Part shown: one piece after another, positions 45,076-53,844 of the stretch
Position numbering within the stretch: the stretch's first letter is position 1
Layout: the number at the start of each line of letters is the position of its first letter
IMG/VR virus record: IMGVR_UViG_3300005534_000017
Coordinates: 1 to 54,758 of that record
DNA length: 54,758 bases
From: a virus
Taxonomy: Duplodnaviria > Caudoviricetes
Direction: 5' to 3' (one strand)
The notes under the pieces: generated by a model
Database searches by the model: none
The model's input: only the letters and a program-made list of their open reading frames with translations
What the model was told of the DNA's origin: nothing
Translations under genes and position numbers: made by a program

Positions 45076-45558
45076 ATGGTTAAATATCAATATATCCCAG
45101 AAGACCAATTAAAATCTTCAGGAGAATTTGTACCCTATCCAGATGGAACTTATTCTTTTGAGGTAATAGAAGTTGTTGAAGGTGATGAATTTAAAGATGA
45201 TAGAGTTGTTTTTTATATTGAAGGATGTGGAAGAAAGGGTAAGAAGGCGCAATTTTTTAACGGTAGCAAATTGTGGATTTTAGTAGAATTCTTAAAATCT
45301 ATAGATAGAATGGATTTATATTCTCAAAAAGGTGAAACCAATCTAACTAAAACTTTTGGACATAAAGGAACCATGGTTTTAGAAACGACTTTTAGCCAAA
45401 AGCATGGAAAAGAGTATCAAAACATTAAGTTCGTTCCTTGGAACAAATTTAATGAATCCAATGATTTTTCAAAATATTCTATGGATGTTAATGAAAAATC
45501 ACCAGAAGCGCAAAAATGGCAGGATGATTATGTGGCTTCAGATGAGATTCCATTTTAG
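45076..45558 (+). CDS. Phage ssDNA-binding protein-like
   Basis: P.PDG.Y.F.V N-terminus and acidic DEIPF C-terminus; next to the recombinase. Confidence 0.7.
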   Translation: MVKYQYIPEDQLKSSGEFVPYPDGTYSFEVIEVVEGDEFKDDRVVFYIEGCGRKGKKAQFFNGSKLWILVEFLKSIDRMDLYSQKGETNLTKTFGHKGTMVLETTFSQKHGKEYQNIKFVPWNKFNESNDFSKYSMDVNEKSPEAQKWQDDYVASDEIPF

Positions 45559-45567
45559 TCTATAAGA

Positions 45568-45753
45568 CTATTTTTTACTGGTATTAAAATCCACATTCAT
45601 GCCCGTTTCTTCTTTGATAACGGTTTCTGCTCCTTGCTCTACCGGATTATTTTGACCAAAAATAAAGGTAGATCCATAGGCGATTATGGCCAATACGCCA
45701 ACGATTACAATTTTAATTTTGTGGGTGGCTATAAAAGTTGAAATAAAATTCAT
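45568..45753 (-). CDS. Small single-TM lysis-cassette protein (holin/spanin-like)
   Basis: One TM segment then NNPVEQ..E.VI; directly after the endolysin. Confidence 0.5.
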   Translation of the reverse strand: MNFISTFIATHKIKIVIVGVLAIIAYGSTFIFGQNNPVEQGAETVIKEETGMNVDFNTSKK

Positions 45754-45754
45754 T

Positions 45755-46258
45755 TTAACGTCCTCGCAAGTAAAGTTGATAGTTGTCAATCACTTCAATA
45801 ACAGTAGCTTTTCCTTTGCTGCTATTATAGAACATCTTATAGTATTGTGCTAAGCCTTTGATATCTTTAGAGTCTGGAATAGGCTCTTTAACGCAAGCAT
45901 ATCTTAATCGACACATGATTGTTGCATAATAAAGATTACCAATGATTAATTCTATTTCAGGAATGGTTGCTAAAGGTCTTCCGATTGATTTTAAAATGCG
46001 ATCTGATAGTTTATTACGGGGATCACAATTTTTATCAAAATCACTAAAAATCTTATCCCAAACCCACTTATAAGTTGCTGGTTCTTCTTCATATATTCCG
46101 CAAGCGGGCCCTCTTAATTCATGAAGAAATGTGCCTCCCAACGTCTCATGAGCGCATGTCATAATAATCAATTCTTCTGAATTTTCTTCCCACAAATTAA
46201 GGGGTTTTAAACTGGGCCTAATAATATATTCTCGAAGTTGAATGTGGTTAATCATCAT
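45755..46258 (-). CDS. Endolysin (lysozyme/transglycosylase-like)
   Basis: T.AHET.GG, GPA.G.Y..EPATY, NL.YA..MCRL.Y and LA.YYK..YNS..GK motifs. Confidence 0.75.
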   Translation of the reverse strand: MMINHIQLREYIIRPSLKPLNLWEENSEELIIMTCAHETLGGTFLHELRGPACGIYEEEPATYKWVWDKIFSDFDKNCDPRNKLSDRILKSIGRPLATIPEIELIIGNLYYATIMCRLRYACVKEPIPDSKDIKGLAQYYKMFYNSSKGKATVIEVIDNYQLYLRGR

Positions 46259-46388
46259 TAATTCCTAAAATGTAAACATATTTTAATAGTTATACTGACT
46301 ATGTCAAATAGTTATTGAACTACCCTATTTGATATGTATAGGATAATGGTCTACCATTAGTATATTAACTAAATTGGAGGTTTTTGAC

Positions 46389-46955
46389 ATGAAATCATTG
46401 AAAATTTTAGCCATTTTATTAATGGTATTATTGCCGCTGGATTCAATTTATGCTCGAGAAAAACCACAGCCTGTTTCGGTCAGAGATAAGTTTGTGGGAG
46501 CAGAATTTCAGCTCAATTTACACAAGGACAGAACAGTTGGTGTAAAAGCATTGCCATGTTTGAATATTGTTACCGGACTTAAGGTTCATTCAAATTTAGG
46601 ATTTGAGGTCGGTAGCTATTATTCAGCAAAGCATATGGCAAATGACTTTACCATTCGTAAATTTGGCGTACACGGAACAGTTGTTGGGTATGCTCCATTA
46701 TCAAGCGATTTAGCAGTCAAATTTGGCTTTGGTGCCTGTCAATTTATGCCCATTACCTCCCATAAGGTAAAGGGTACAAAACAGCATAGCGCCTTTATTC
46801 CTCGCATTTTAGGGGGCCTAGAAATGGACCTTGGAAAAAACGTAGTAGGAAGATTAACAGTTATCTGGGAACAAGCTTCTGTGTTAGAAAATATGCATAG
46901 TTCGTTCAAAAACGATAATTTGCATTTGAATCTCGGGCTAGCGTATATTCTGTAA
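46389..46955 (+). CDS. Outer-membrane beta-barrel protein (OmpA-TM/Ail-like moron)
   Basis: Signal peptide, G.EVG, G.Y.PL, alternating beta strands and C-terminal LGLAY.L. Confidence 0.75.
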   Translation: MKSLKILAILLMVLLPLDSIYAREKPQPVSVRDKFVGAEFQLNLHKDRTVGVKALPCLNIVTGLKVHSNLGFEVGSYYSAKHMANDFTIRKFGVHGTVVGYAPLSSDLAVKFGFGACQFMPITSHKVKGTKQHSAFIPRILGGLEMDLGKNVVGRLTVIWEQASVLENMHSSFKNDNLHLNLGLAYIL

Positions 46956-46969
46956 GTCAGACATATATT

Positions 46970-47005
46970 ACCCCTCTTGACCGAGGGGTTTTTTTTGGTT
47001 AAAAT
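46970..47005 (+). terminator. Terminator whose loop also serves as the -35 of the next promoter
   Basis: ACCCCTC-TTGACC-GAGGGGT plus T tract; TTGACC-17-TAAAAT. Confidence 0.75.
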
Positions 47006-47038
47006 TGACCTACATATAGTTATATGGGGAACATTAAA

Positions 47039-47368
47039 ATGCTAAGCACATTGAAAATATATGAATCATTACATAATAGCGATTTCAGCGAAAAACAAGC
47101 AAAAGCTTTGACAGAATGCTTAGAGGTTTTTGAAAAAACAATACTGAATTATCCAAATGATTATTCAACAAAAATACAGCTAAATGAAGTAAGATTAGAA
47201 TTAAAATCAGATATCAGATTAATGGATAAAAAAATAGAATATTTAGACCAAAAAATAGACATACAAAGAAGTGAATTAACTAAATCTCTAGATAGGCAAA
47301 CTCATTTTATTATGGCCGGATTCGCTCTTATATTTGCAACGCTTGGTTATTTAATATTTAAAATATAA
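47039..47368 (+). CDS. DUF1640/CCDC90-like coiled-coil protein with a C-terminal TM
   Basis: TLK.YE.L....FSEKQAKAL and TK..L..V..ELK.DI motifs; C-terminal TM. Confidence 0.75.
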   Translation: MLSTLKIYESLHNSDFSEKQAKALTECLEVFEKTILNYPNDYSTKIQLNEVRLELKSDIRLMDKKIEYLDQKIDIQRSELTKSLDRQTHFIMAGFALIFATLGYLIFKI

Positions 47369-47389
47369 TTTAGTCTCTAGTTAACTTTA

Positions 47390-47737
47390 TCAATTAGAAT
47401 TCCCCATATACCGCTTAAATTGTTCTATAAAATCAAAATAGCTATAGCAAACACAAATGTAATATCCATTATTCTTTACATTTTCAAGAAATCGTGTTTG
47501 TGCTTCTGATAAGTCATTATTACCGTATTTAAATTCGCAAATAAATCCATGATAATCTTTGGATGGATAAAGACAAATAATATCAGACACACCAGCAGTA
47601 ACGCCTTGAGATTTGAGATTACGAGCTTCTTTAACATGCCGAGACCCACCGTTCGCTGGATGAAATGTAACTGCGCGTGCCTTCGGGTATTGAAGAGCAA
47701 GCCACTGAAATGCGGCCTTTTGATGACTGCTCTCCAT
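47390..47737 (-). CDS. VRR-NUC endonuclease
   Basis: E...Q, FH.ANGG.R, GV.AGVSD, E.K and LS..Q..F motifs. Confidence 0.85.
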   Translation of the reverse strand: MESSHQKAAFQWLALQYPKARAVTFHPANGGSRHVKEARNLKSQGVTAGVSDIICLYPSKDYHGFICEFKYGNNDLSEAQTRFLENVKNNGYYICVCYSYFDFIEQFKRYMGNSN

Positions 47738-47756
47738 GTTTCTTCTTTTACGTTTT

Positions 47757-48095
47757 TCATGTTTTTTTGTAATATCCTCTGTTTCTAAGCTTAGTTTCAC
47801 AGTAGAATAGGATTGCTTGCGTGTCCCCTTCCGATATTTTTTTGTAAAGCAATCCTTCAACGATATCGCCCGCATAATCATCGACCTCGCATAACTTCAT
47901 AGAAAAATAAGTGTCTTCGCACCACTTGTTAAAGGTTTCTTTTTCAATCCCTAATTCGTCTAATACGACATTAACACGACCTAGTGATCTTTTAAGTTTT
48001 TCTAAGAATTCTCTTTTATTGGTTTCCTCAATGCTTGCAGCAGTCGCAAGTGCATTTTGGTTTTTCCTCATCCTTTCCTTTGGATTCTCCACCAT
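47757..48095 (-). CDS. HTH protein, terminase-small-subunit-like
   Basis: FL..L..S.G.V......GI...TF..W..D..F and D.VE..L...I..GD..AI.FY..TK...RGY motifs. Confidence 0.7.
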   Translation of the reverse strand: MVENPKERMRKNQNALATAASIEETNKREFLEKLKRSLGRVNVVLDELGIEKETFNKWCEDTYFSMKLCEVDDYAGDIVEGLLYKKISEGDTQAILFYCETKLRNRGYYKKT

Positions 48096-48501
48096 TGTCT
48101 TTCCCCTCAAAATCAAAACCAATGATTGCGTTTTCGTCCATACCAATTTTAGACAAAGCTTCCAAATCAAATCTAGAGCTTAGTATATCATAGTCAAAAG
48201 TGCCACTATGTAAATTGTCGCGAATATTAATTCTATCGAACTCTTCATCGGTAAGCTCCCTGTCTGGAATTAATACTTGAACCTTGTAATCCTTTCCAAA
48301 AACTTCTAATAAAGCTTTTTTTCTTTTATCTCCACCAATAATAGTAAAATTTTTATCGACCTTTATTCTACTATGGTAACCATCTTCTTTTATTTTAATA
48401 ACTAAATTATTATATTCTTTTTTAGTTATTTTTCTAGGATTATGTTTATAATCCTTAAGTTTATTAATTGGAATAGAGGTTTCAGTCCATGTTATCGTCA
48501 T
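48028..48501 (-). CDS. ParB/Srx N-terminal-domain protein
   Basis: LK.Y..NPR.I, I...G....I.VD....IIGG..R and NI.DN...G.FD motifs. Confidence 0.8.
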   Translation of the reverse strand: MTITWTETSIPINKLKDYKHNPRKITKKEYNNLVIKIKEDGYHSRIKVDKNFTIIGGDKRKKALLEVFGKDYKVQVLIPDRELTDEEFDRINIRDNLHSGTFDYDILSSRFDLEALSKIGMDENAIIGFDFEGKDNGGESKGKDEEKPKCTCDCCKH

Positions 48502-50369
48502 GGCGTTAATTCCGTGACAGTTAGAGTAATTATCGGTGTTCCGCCGTAGGTGACTGTTCCTGCACTGTTAGATAGCAAATAAATTGTATTTCCATTTGCT
48601 GGTCCAAATCTTACGCTAAACGTAGTAGCTGCTGTTGCACCAGCAGCCGTATAATATTTAAATGATGAAGAAACCAAGTTATTCGCATTTGCCACAAACT
48701 GGTTATTTGTACACAATGCATTAGCGTTTAAATCTCTGAACAATGTAAATGATGCAAAATCCGGAGCGTTTGCACTTATTAAAGAACAATTAAACTCAAT
48801 CAATAGCGTATTTGCAGCATTAGTGGGTGTAATTGTAGCCGTGATTACTTGAGTTCCTTGTCCAATTTGTGGAATTGCATTATTAGATGGTATTACTGCA
48901 TTTGAATTTACTGTCACATTGCTGTTGTTTCTAATAACCTGAATAACTGCCGGAGATTTCCAGCTCATCGTGCTTGCATTAGCGACTGGTACGGTTGATG
49001 TCAGAAGTTGACCGGCAACCGTCGGGCCTGCATTTGGTAGCGTATAAGTAGTGCTTGCAACCATAGCTGCATTTTGAGCAATTAATCCCACAGCATTTGT
49101 GTTAGCACCATCGTTAAAAAATACACCAGAAGCTACGGCAGGAGCAGTTCGTACTAAAGCAAAACCCCCAACAGATTGAACTTGTCCTGCACCATTAGGA
49201 ATAAGAACAATGCTTCCCCCAGCATTTTGAGCGCTAATGGAATTTGTTCCAGATCCAGCAATAGCCGCTATAGTTCCTATACCAATATTTTGAATAATGT
49301 CAGAAGTAGCACCGGTAATATTATTAAAGTTATCAATAATAACACCGCTATTAGACAATTGCCCCATTGTATTAAGATATTTAGCTATGGCATTTGTCGT
49401 AGTTGCACCAGGAGATACGACCGCATTTAACCAAGACATGACACCAGCGGTAGTAGAACCCAAAACTTGATTATTCGCTACCGGATATGCTAATGGCAAT
49501 GTATAAGAAGTATTGGCAGCGGCATTACCACCCAATATTCCTGTGTAGAAAGTATTTGCTGCATTATAAAACTTTAATTGGTTTCCGGACTGAATATTAA
49601 TATTATTATTACTTTGCAATTCTCCAGTTCCGTTCGGAGCAATAATTAAATTTTGATTGACTTGAGTACCCTGAATCATATTGGCACTTAATGTCATGTT
49701 GCCAACATTAACTGATGTTAATCCTGTTAAAGCGTTATTAAGCATAATCGTCGTGTTTCCAGCAACACCATCAGGATTGGTTAAAGTGATATTACCATTA
49801 CCCGCTTGAAATGTTCTGGTGGCCCAAGTATCGGCAGCAATTCTAGCGCCATAACCGGTTGTAACTAATCCTTGTAAGGATGCTAAAGCATTAGCCAATG
49901 TAAAAGTTTGTATAATAGCGCCAGTATTTTGGTTTTGAACTACGGTTAAACCTGCAGCAGGTTGAACGGATGTAAAACTCGTTACTCCAGCTGCACCGCC
50001 CCCAAATGGAATAATGCTCCAAAGACCTCCGGCGGTTGTATTATTTGTAAGGTAAAATTCGTATACTGCCCCTGCATTAATTAACTGTAAATTATTACCG
50101 CCTCCATCAATAATTTGAATGGCATTAGGACCTACGTTATTAAATACAAAGCTTATCCCAACAGAAGATAAATTTGCCGCTGGAAGAGTAATATTGGTTC
50201 CAACTGTTCCGCCAGACGTAATATTCATGAAATCGTATACAACATTAGCTGTATCTTGAAAAGCATTAGGCCATTGCAGTACTATATTAGCTAATTGTGT
50301 GCTAATGGGTGAATAGCTCGTATTAGAGCTTTGTACTGTTCCGCCCCCAAACGTATTTATGTAGCTCAT
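48498..50369 (-). CDS. Tail fibre protein (623 aa)
   Basis: SY...FGG.TV N-terminus, YTLP..YP...QVL.STTAGVMSW shared with 9870..12254, C-terminal TITP....N.LLI tip domain. Confidence 0.75.
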   Translation of the reverse strand: MSYINTFGGGTVQSSNTSYSPISTQLANIVLQWPNAFQDTANVVYDFMNITSGGTVGTNITLPAANLSSVGISFVFNNVGPNAIQIIDGGGNNLQLINAGAVYEFYLTNNTTAGGLWSIIPFGGGAAGVTSFTSVQPAAGLTVVQNQNTGAIIQTFTLANALASLQGLVTTGYGARIAADTWATRTFQAGNGNITLTNPDGVAGNTTIMLNNALTGLTSVNVGNMTLSANMIQGTQVNQNLIIAPNGTGELQSNNNINIQSGNQLKFYNAANTFYTGILGGNAAANTSYTLPLAYPVANNQVLGSTTAGVMSWLNAVVSPGATTTNAIAKYLNTMGQLSNSGVIIDNFNNITGATSDIIQNIGIGTIAAIAGSGTNSISAQNAGGSIVLIPNGAGQVQSVGGFALVRTAPAVASGVFFNDGANTNAVGLIAQNAAMVASTTYTLPNAGPTVAGQLLTSTVPVANASTMSWKSPAVIQVIRNNSNVTVNSNAVIPSNNAIPQIGQGTQVITATITPTNAANTLLIEFNCSLISANAPDFASFTLFRDLNANALCTNNQFVANANNLVSSSFKYYTAAGATAATTFSVRFGPANGNTIYLLSNSAGTVTYGGTPIITLTVTELTP

Positions 50370-50390
50370 ATCAAAATCCTTTTTAATATG
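50367..50390 (-). promoter_or_regulatory. 9-bp stem with AAGGAU loop sequestering the SD and AUG of the 623-aa fibre gene
   Basis: CAUAUUAAA-AAGGAU-UUUGAUAUG. Confidence 0.6.
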
Positions 50391-50396
50391 GTATTT

Positions 50397-52691
50397 CTAT
50401 GTTAACTGTTCTTCATTTACATTTTCTTCAGGTTTTTCTTTTTGATTTAAAATTTTATTAAGTTGAATAGCAGACCTTCTTGCTTCTGAATCTGATATTT
50501 TTAATAAACGATTTAATGTTTTTCTGGCTTCTTTCTCTTTACCAGCTTGTCGTTGTAGAGCATAAATTCTAGATTCTCTAACAAACGTAGGATTTGCCAT
50601 TAGTTTAGATAATAACCAGGGCGCTGCTGCGGTGGCAGATGCGCCGGCCAATGCCCCCGGAGCTCCAGCAGCAGAATATCCACCAAAAGTCATTAATAAC
50701 TTAATGGCATTTTTAGCCACCCCCTGAATTCTGTCTATATCTGCGGTTACAAAAGCAGTCCCGCTAGTATTTAAAAGTTCTTTGCCTGATTGAGAAAACT
50801 CGTCTGCAATAGTTGCAATATCTGATAATTTTTTATATTCATCGGCACCAACTAATTCTTTTATTAATTCTTGATTTTTTTCACCTTTTTGAAATATTTT
50901 TGCAAAAGGTGCTTTTTTCAATCTTCCTTCCTCGTATGAGCCCTCAATAGAATTCTTAAATATATCCCTAAGCTTAGCCTTCTTTAAATCATTTAATACT
51001 CTTTTCCCTTTTTCTGTAGAGCCGGATATTTTTTCAATTAATTTTATGCCTTTAACTGAATTCATAGCATCAAATGCTTCTTTTGGTGCTTCACCCGTTA
51101 ACATGCTATGTGCTAAATCTGATTCAATTCTTGATGCCACATTATCATAATAAAATTTATTGGCTTTTTTCCATTTGTCTAAAAATTCTGGATTTTTAGT
51201 AGATTCTATATCTCTAGTAACGGAATCTCTTAGCTTGCTTAAAAAACCTCTCATTCCGCGCAAATCTTCATCATATATCATTTGCCCGAGTTCTTGGCGG
51301 ACTTCGTTTAATCTTCCTATTTCAATATTTGGTAATTCGATTGATTTTTTTGGTATTTGAGCTAATATTTTTGATAATAATTTAGGATCATCATAACCTT
51401 CTTTTTTTAGTTGAATAACAGAATCATCTTTTGGTAATAATCCCCAGCTATCCGCTAATTTTCCGATAACCTTTGATACTTTTAATGTATCTGGAGCTTG
51501 TATATCTCTATCTAGAATTGATTTCATAGTATGAATATCGTTTATGGTGTGTTCAGGAACTACTTTGTCAGACTTCCCAGATTTTAGCACCGCATCATTA
51601 TATAAATTTTCAACTTCTTCATTAATGGATTTTCTTTCTTCTTTTAAAAAGTCTCTAAATTGACCAGATGCTTTTACAGGCTCTACATTTTCTAAACCCA
51701 AAGTATCAATAGAATCCTTAAATTTATTATACATTTGTTCATCAGCTTTATTAAATACATCTTTATAAGCTTTTGATGAAAAAGTAGACTTTAAAAAATT
51801 ATTATGTATCCAATTTAAAGCAGTGTTCCTTGCTCCCACATTAACCGGAAGGTCTATCCCATATTCTTCTGCCAACTTTAAACTTTTTAGATCTGGTTTT
51901 GAAAATCTTGCAACTAAGTGGGCAGCCTTCTTAGTTGGATATTCTTTAATAGATTCTAAAATTCTACCTTCTTTCTTGCCCTTATAAATGTCATCTATTA
52001 TCTTTGCAGATTTTCCAGTCAATTTACCGGCAGCTCTACCACCTAAAATCATATCTGCAAGATCTTCAACTGAGCGTCCAACCGTTCCTTCTTCTGTAAA
52101 TTTAGGCTTGGCTTCTAAAGCTGTTGATGCGCCTGCCGCAGTAGCAGCTTCTCTGCCCAATAATTTACCTAATCCCTTAACACCAGCTTGAGCTGCTTTC
52201 CCTAAACCCATGCCAGGAAGTGGAGTTAAAAATTCACCAGTTCCATGTATAATTCGACCTGTTAAATCTTCTTTACTAGGCTCTAAACTTCTACCCGCTA
52301 AACTTTCAACGGCTTCCGTTAAAGGCTTTGCGACTTCCATTTTACCAACACCTAATGCGGGCATTTCTGATATTAATTCTTCCGGGCTTTTTCCAGAACG
52401 TTCAGATAACATTTTAAGGGTCATTTTATTAACTTGAGCAGGCCCCGGCATTATATTTGAGACAGTTTCAATCGCACTTCCAATACCTTTTGCTAATCCA
52501 TGGCCTAATTGAGCGGCTCTCTCGCCGTAGGTATATTCTTCTGGATTTTCTTTAGGTGACTCTTGTATTTGAGGTTTTCCAAATAATTTTCTTAATTCAT
52601 TTAAATCTTTTTTTTGAGATGAAATAGGATTTAAGCCTTCTTTTATTGGCTTTCCAAACATTTCTCTTAATTCATTAATATCTCTTCCCAT
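50397..52691 (-). CDS. Large internal virion/ejection protein
   Basis: 764 aa, helical, duplicated DxNELRxxFGKP at the N-terminus; typical position for ejection proteins. Confidence 0.6.
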   Translation of the reverse strand: MGRDINELREMFGKPIKEGLNPISSQKKDLNELRKLFGKPQIQESPKENPEEYTYGERAAQLGHGLAKGIGSAIETVSNIMPGPAQVNKMTLKMLSERSGKSPEELISEMPALGVGKMEVAKPLTEAVESLAGRSLEPSKEDLTGRIIHGTGEFLTPLPGMGLGKAAQAGVKGLGKLLGREAATAAGASTALEAKPKFTEEGTVGRSVEDLADMILGGRAAGKLTGKSAKIIDDIYKGKKEGRILESIKEYPTKKAAHLVARFSKPDLKSLKLAEEYGIDLPVNVGARNTALNWIHNNFLKSTFSSKAYKDVFNKADEQMYNKFKDSIDTLGLENVEPVKASGQFRDFLKEERKSINEEVENLYNDAVLKSGKSDKVVPEHTINDIHTMKSILDRDIQAPDTLKVSKVIGKLADSWGLLPKDDSVIQLKKEGYDDPKLLSKILAQIPKKSIELPNIEIGRLNEVRQELGQMIYDEDLRGMRGFLSKLRDSVTRDIESTKNPEFLDKWKKANKFYYDNVASRIESDLAHSMLTGEAPKEAFDAMNSVKGIKLIEKISGSTEKGKRVLNDLKKAKLRDIFKNSIEGSYEEGRLKKAPFAKIFQKGEKNQELIKELVGADEYKKLSDIATIADEFSQSGKELLNTSGTAFVTADIDRIQGVAKNAIKLLMTFGGYSAAGAPGALAGASATAAAPWLLSKLMANPTFVRESRIYALQRQAGKEKEARKTLNRLLKISDSEARRSAIQLNKILNQKEKPEENVNEEQLT

Positions 52692-52692
52692 T

Positions 52693-53844
52693 TCATTCCT
52701 GCAAAATTCTATCTATTTCTTCCTGAGTCCATCCCTGTTCTTTTGCTTTATTAACTTTATCTAACATTTCTATATCGCCCAGTTCATATGGGGTAATTTG
52801 TTTTCCTGATCTTAAGCTCATGTCTGCTGATTTATGAATTTCTAAAGCTTCTTTTTCAATATCATTTAATAATTGTCCGACAGTATCATATCCTTGGCTT
52901 AAATCAGGGAAAGTTTTCATTTGTTCAAAACGTTTATAGATGCCCTGCGTTAATTGTCCACCCTTTAAATCTTTTTCAGCTCTTGCTCTAAATTGTTGTA
53001 ATTTTGAATTGACCGATTGTCTTTCTAATCTTTCTTTATTAAGTTGTGAGCCTAATTTTGTGCCAGGAATCGTTCTTCCATAAATATCTTTTATAGGATT
53101 AACAGCCCCTCCTATATACGGATTTGCTTGACTCACAAGAGGAGAACCTCTTTCTTCTTCTGTTTCTTTTAATTTCCTTATTCCTGCTTTAATGGTTTCT
53201 ATTTCAGATAAAAGCTTACCCGTTCCTCTATAATCTACAGAATATTTAGAACGAGTTGATTTATCTAAATCAGGAAGATTCGATAAATTAAATCCTTCAA
53301 TAGAAGCTCCCATTCCTGTTTTTTGTCCAAGCTTTTCTCTTGCAAGACCTATCGTAGCCGCTCTATGAGCCTGCAAATCTCTTCTTTCTTGTTCCCTTTC
53401 CTGTTGTCTTTGTAATTCTCTAGCCAAGGCATCTTGTCTTTCCATCTCCAACAAATTCAATTTCTGCATTCTATCGGCATTAACGGCATAATCCTGTATT
53501 CCAGCACCCAATCCTTCATTCAGGCCCCCTAATACGCTTCCCCCTTTATTAGATCCCATGCCCCCAAACATCCTGGAAAATACAAGACCCATTAATCTGT
53601 CATGTTGAGCTTGGTCAATATCGATGGATTGTCGTGCGGCCCCCATTCCTGACATGATACCTCTGGCAACAGGACTTTCTTCCTGTGCTAGCATCGGTGG
53701 TTGTTGTGGCGGAATTACAGGACTTCTAGGTGATTGCACGGGTGTAGGCGGTGCTGGCATTTGGGGTGCCATCATACCAATATTAGATTGACTTAATCTC
53801 ATAGGGTCAAAATACCATTGTTGAGTAGGAGTAAAATAAGCCAT
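52693..53844 (-). CDS. Internal virion/ejection protein
   Basis: Pro/Gln-rich N-terminus, Gly-rich segment, coiled coil. Confidence 0.6.
   Translation of the reverse strand: MAYFTPTQQWYFDPMRLSQSNIGMMAPQMPAPPTPVQSPRSPVIPPQQPPMLAQEESPVARGIMSGMGAARQSIDIDQAQHDRLMGLVFSRMFGGMGSNKGGSVLGGLNEGLGAGIQDYAVNADRMQKLNLLEMERQDALARELQRQQEREQERRDLQAHRAATIGLAREKLGQKTGMGASIEGFNLSNLPDLDKSTRSKYSVDYRGTGKLLSEIETIKAGIRKLKETEEERGSPLVSQANPYIGGAVNPIKDIYGRTIPGTKLGSQLNKERLERQSVNSKLQQFRARAEKDLKGGQLTQGIYKRFEQMKTFPDLSQGYDTVGQLLNDIEKEALEIHKSADMSLRSGKQITPYELGDIEMLDKVNKAKEQGWTQEEIDRILQE

Noticed and set aside
27451-47368. Alternative genetic code explaining the many short ORFs
   Set aside because: Long genes are intact under code 11, all three stop codons end genes, and the short ORFs have their own SDs and ATGA/TAATG coupling.
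48028-48501. parABS partition system
   Set aside because: Only a ParB N-terminal domain without a DNA-binding HTH, no ParA, and the gene sits beside a TerS-like gene as in many phage packaging regions.
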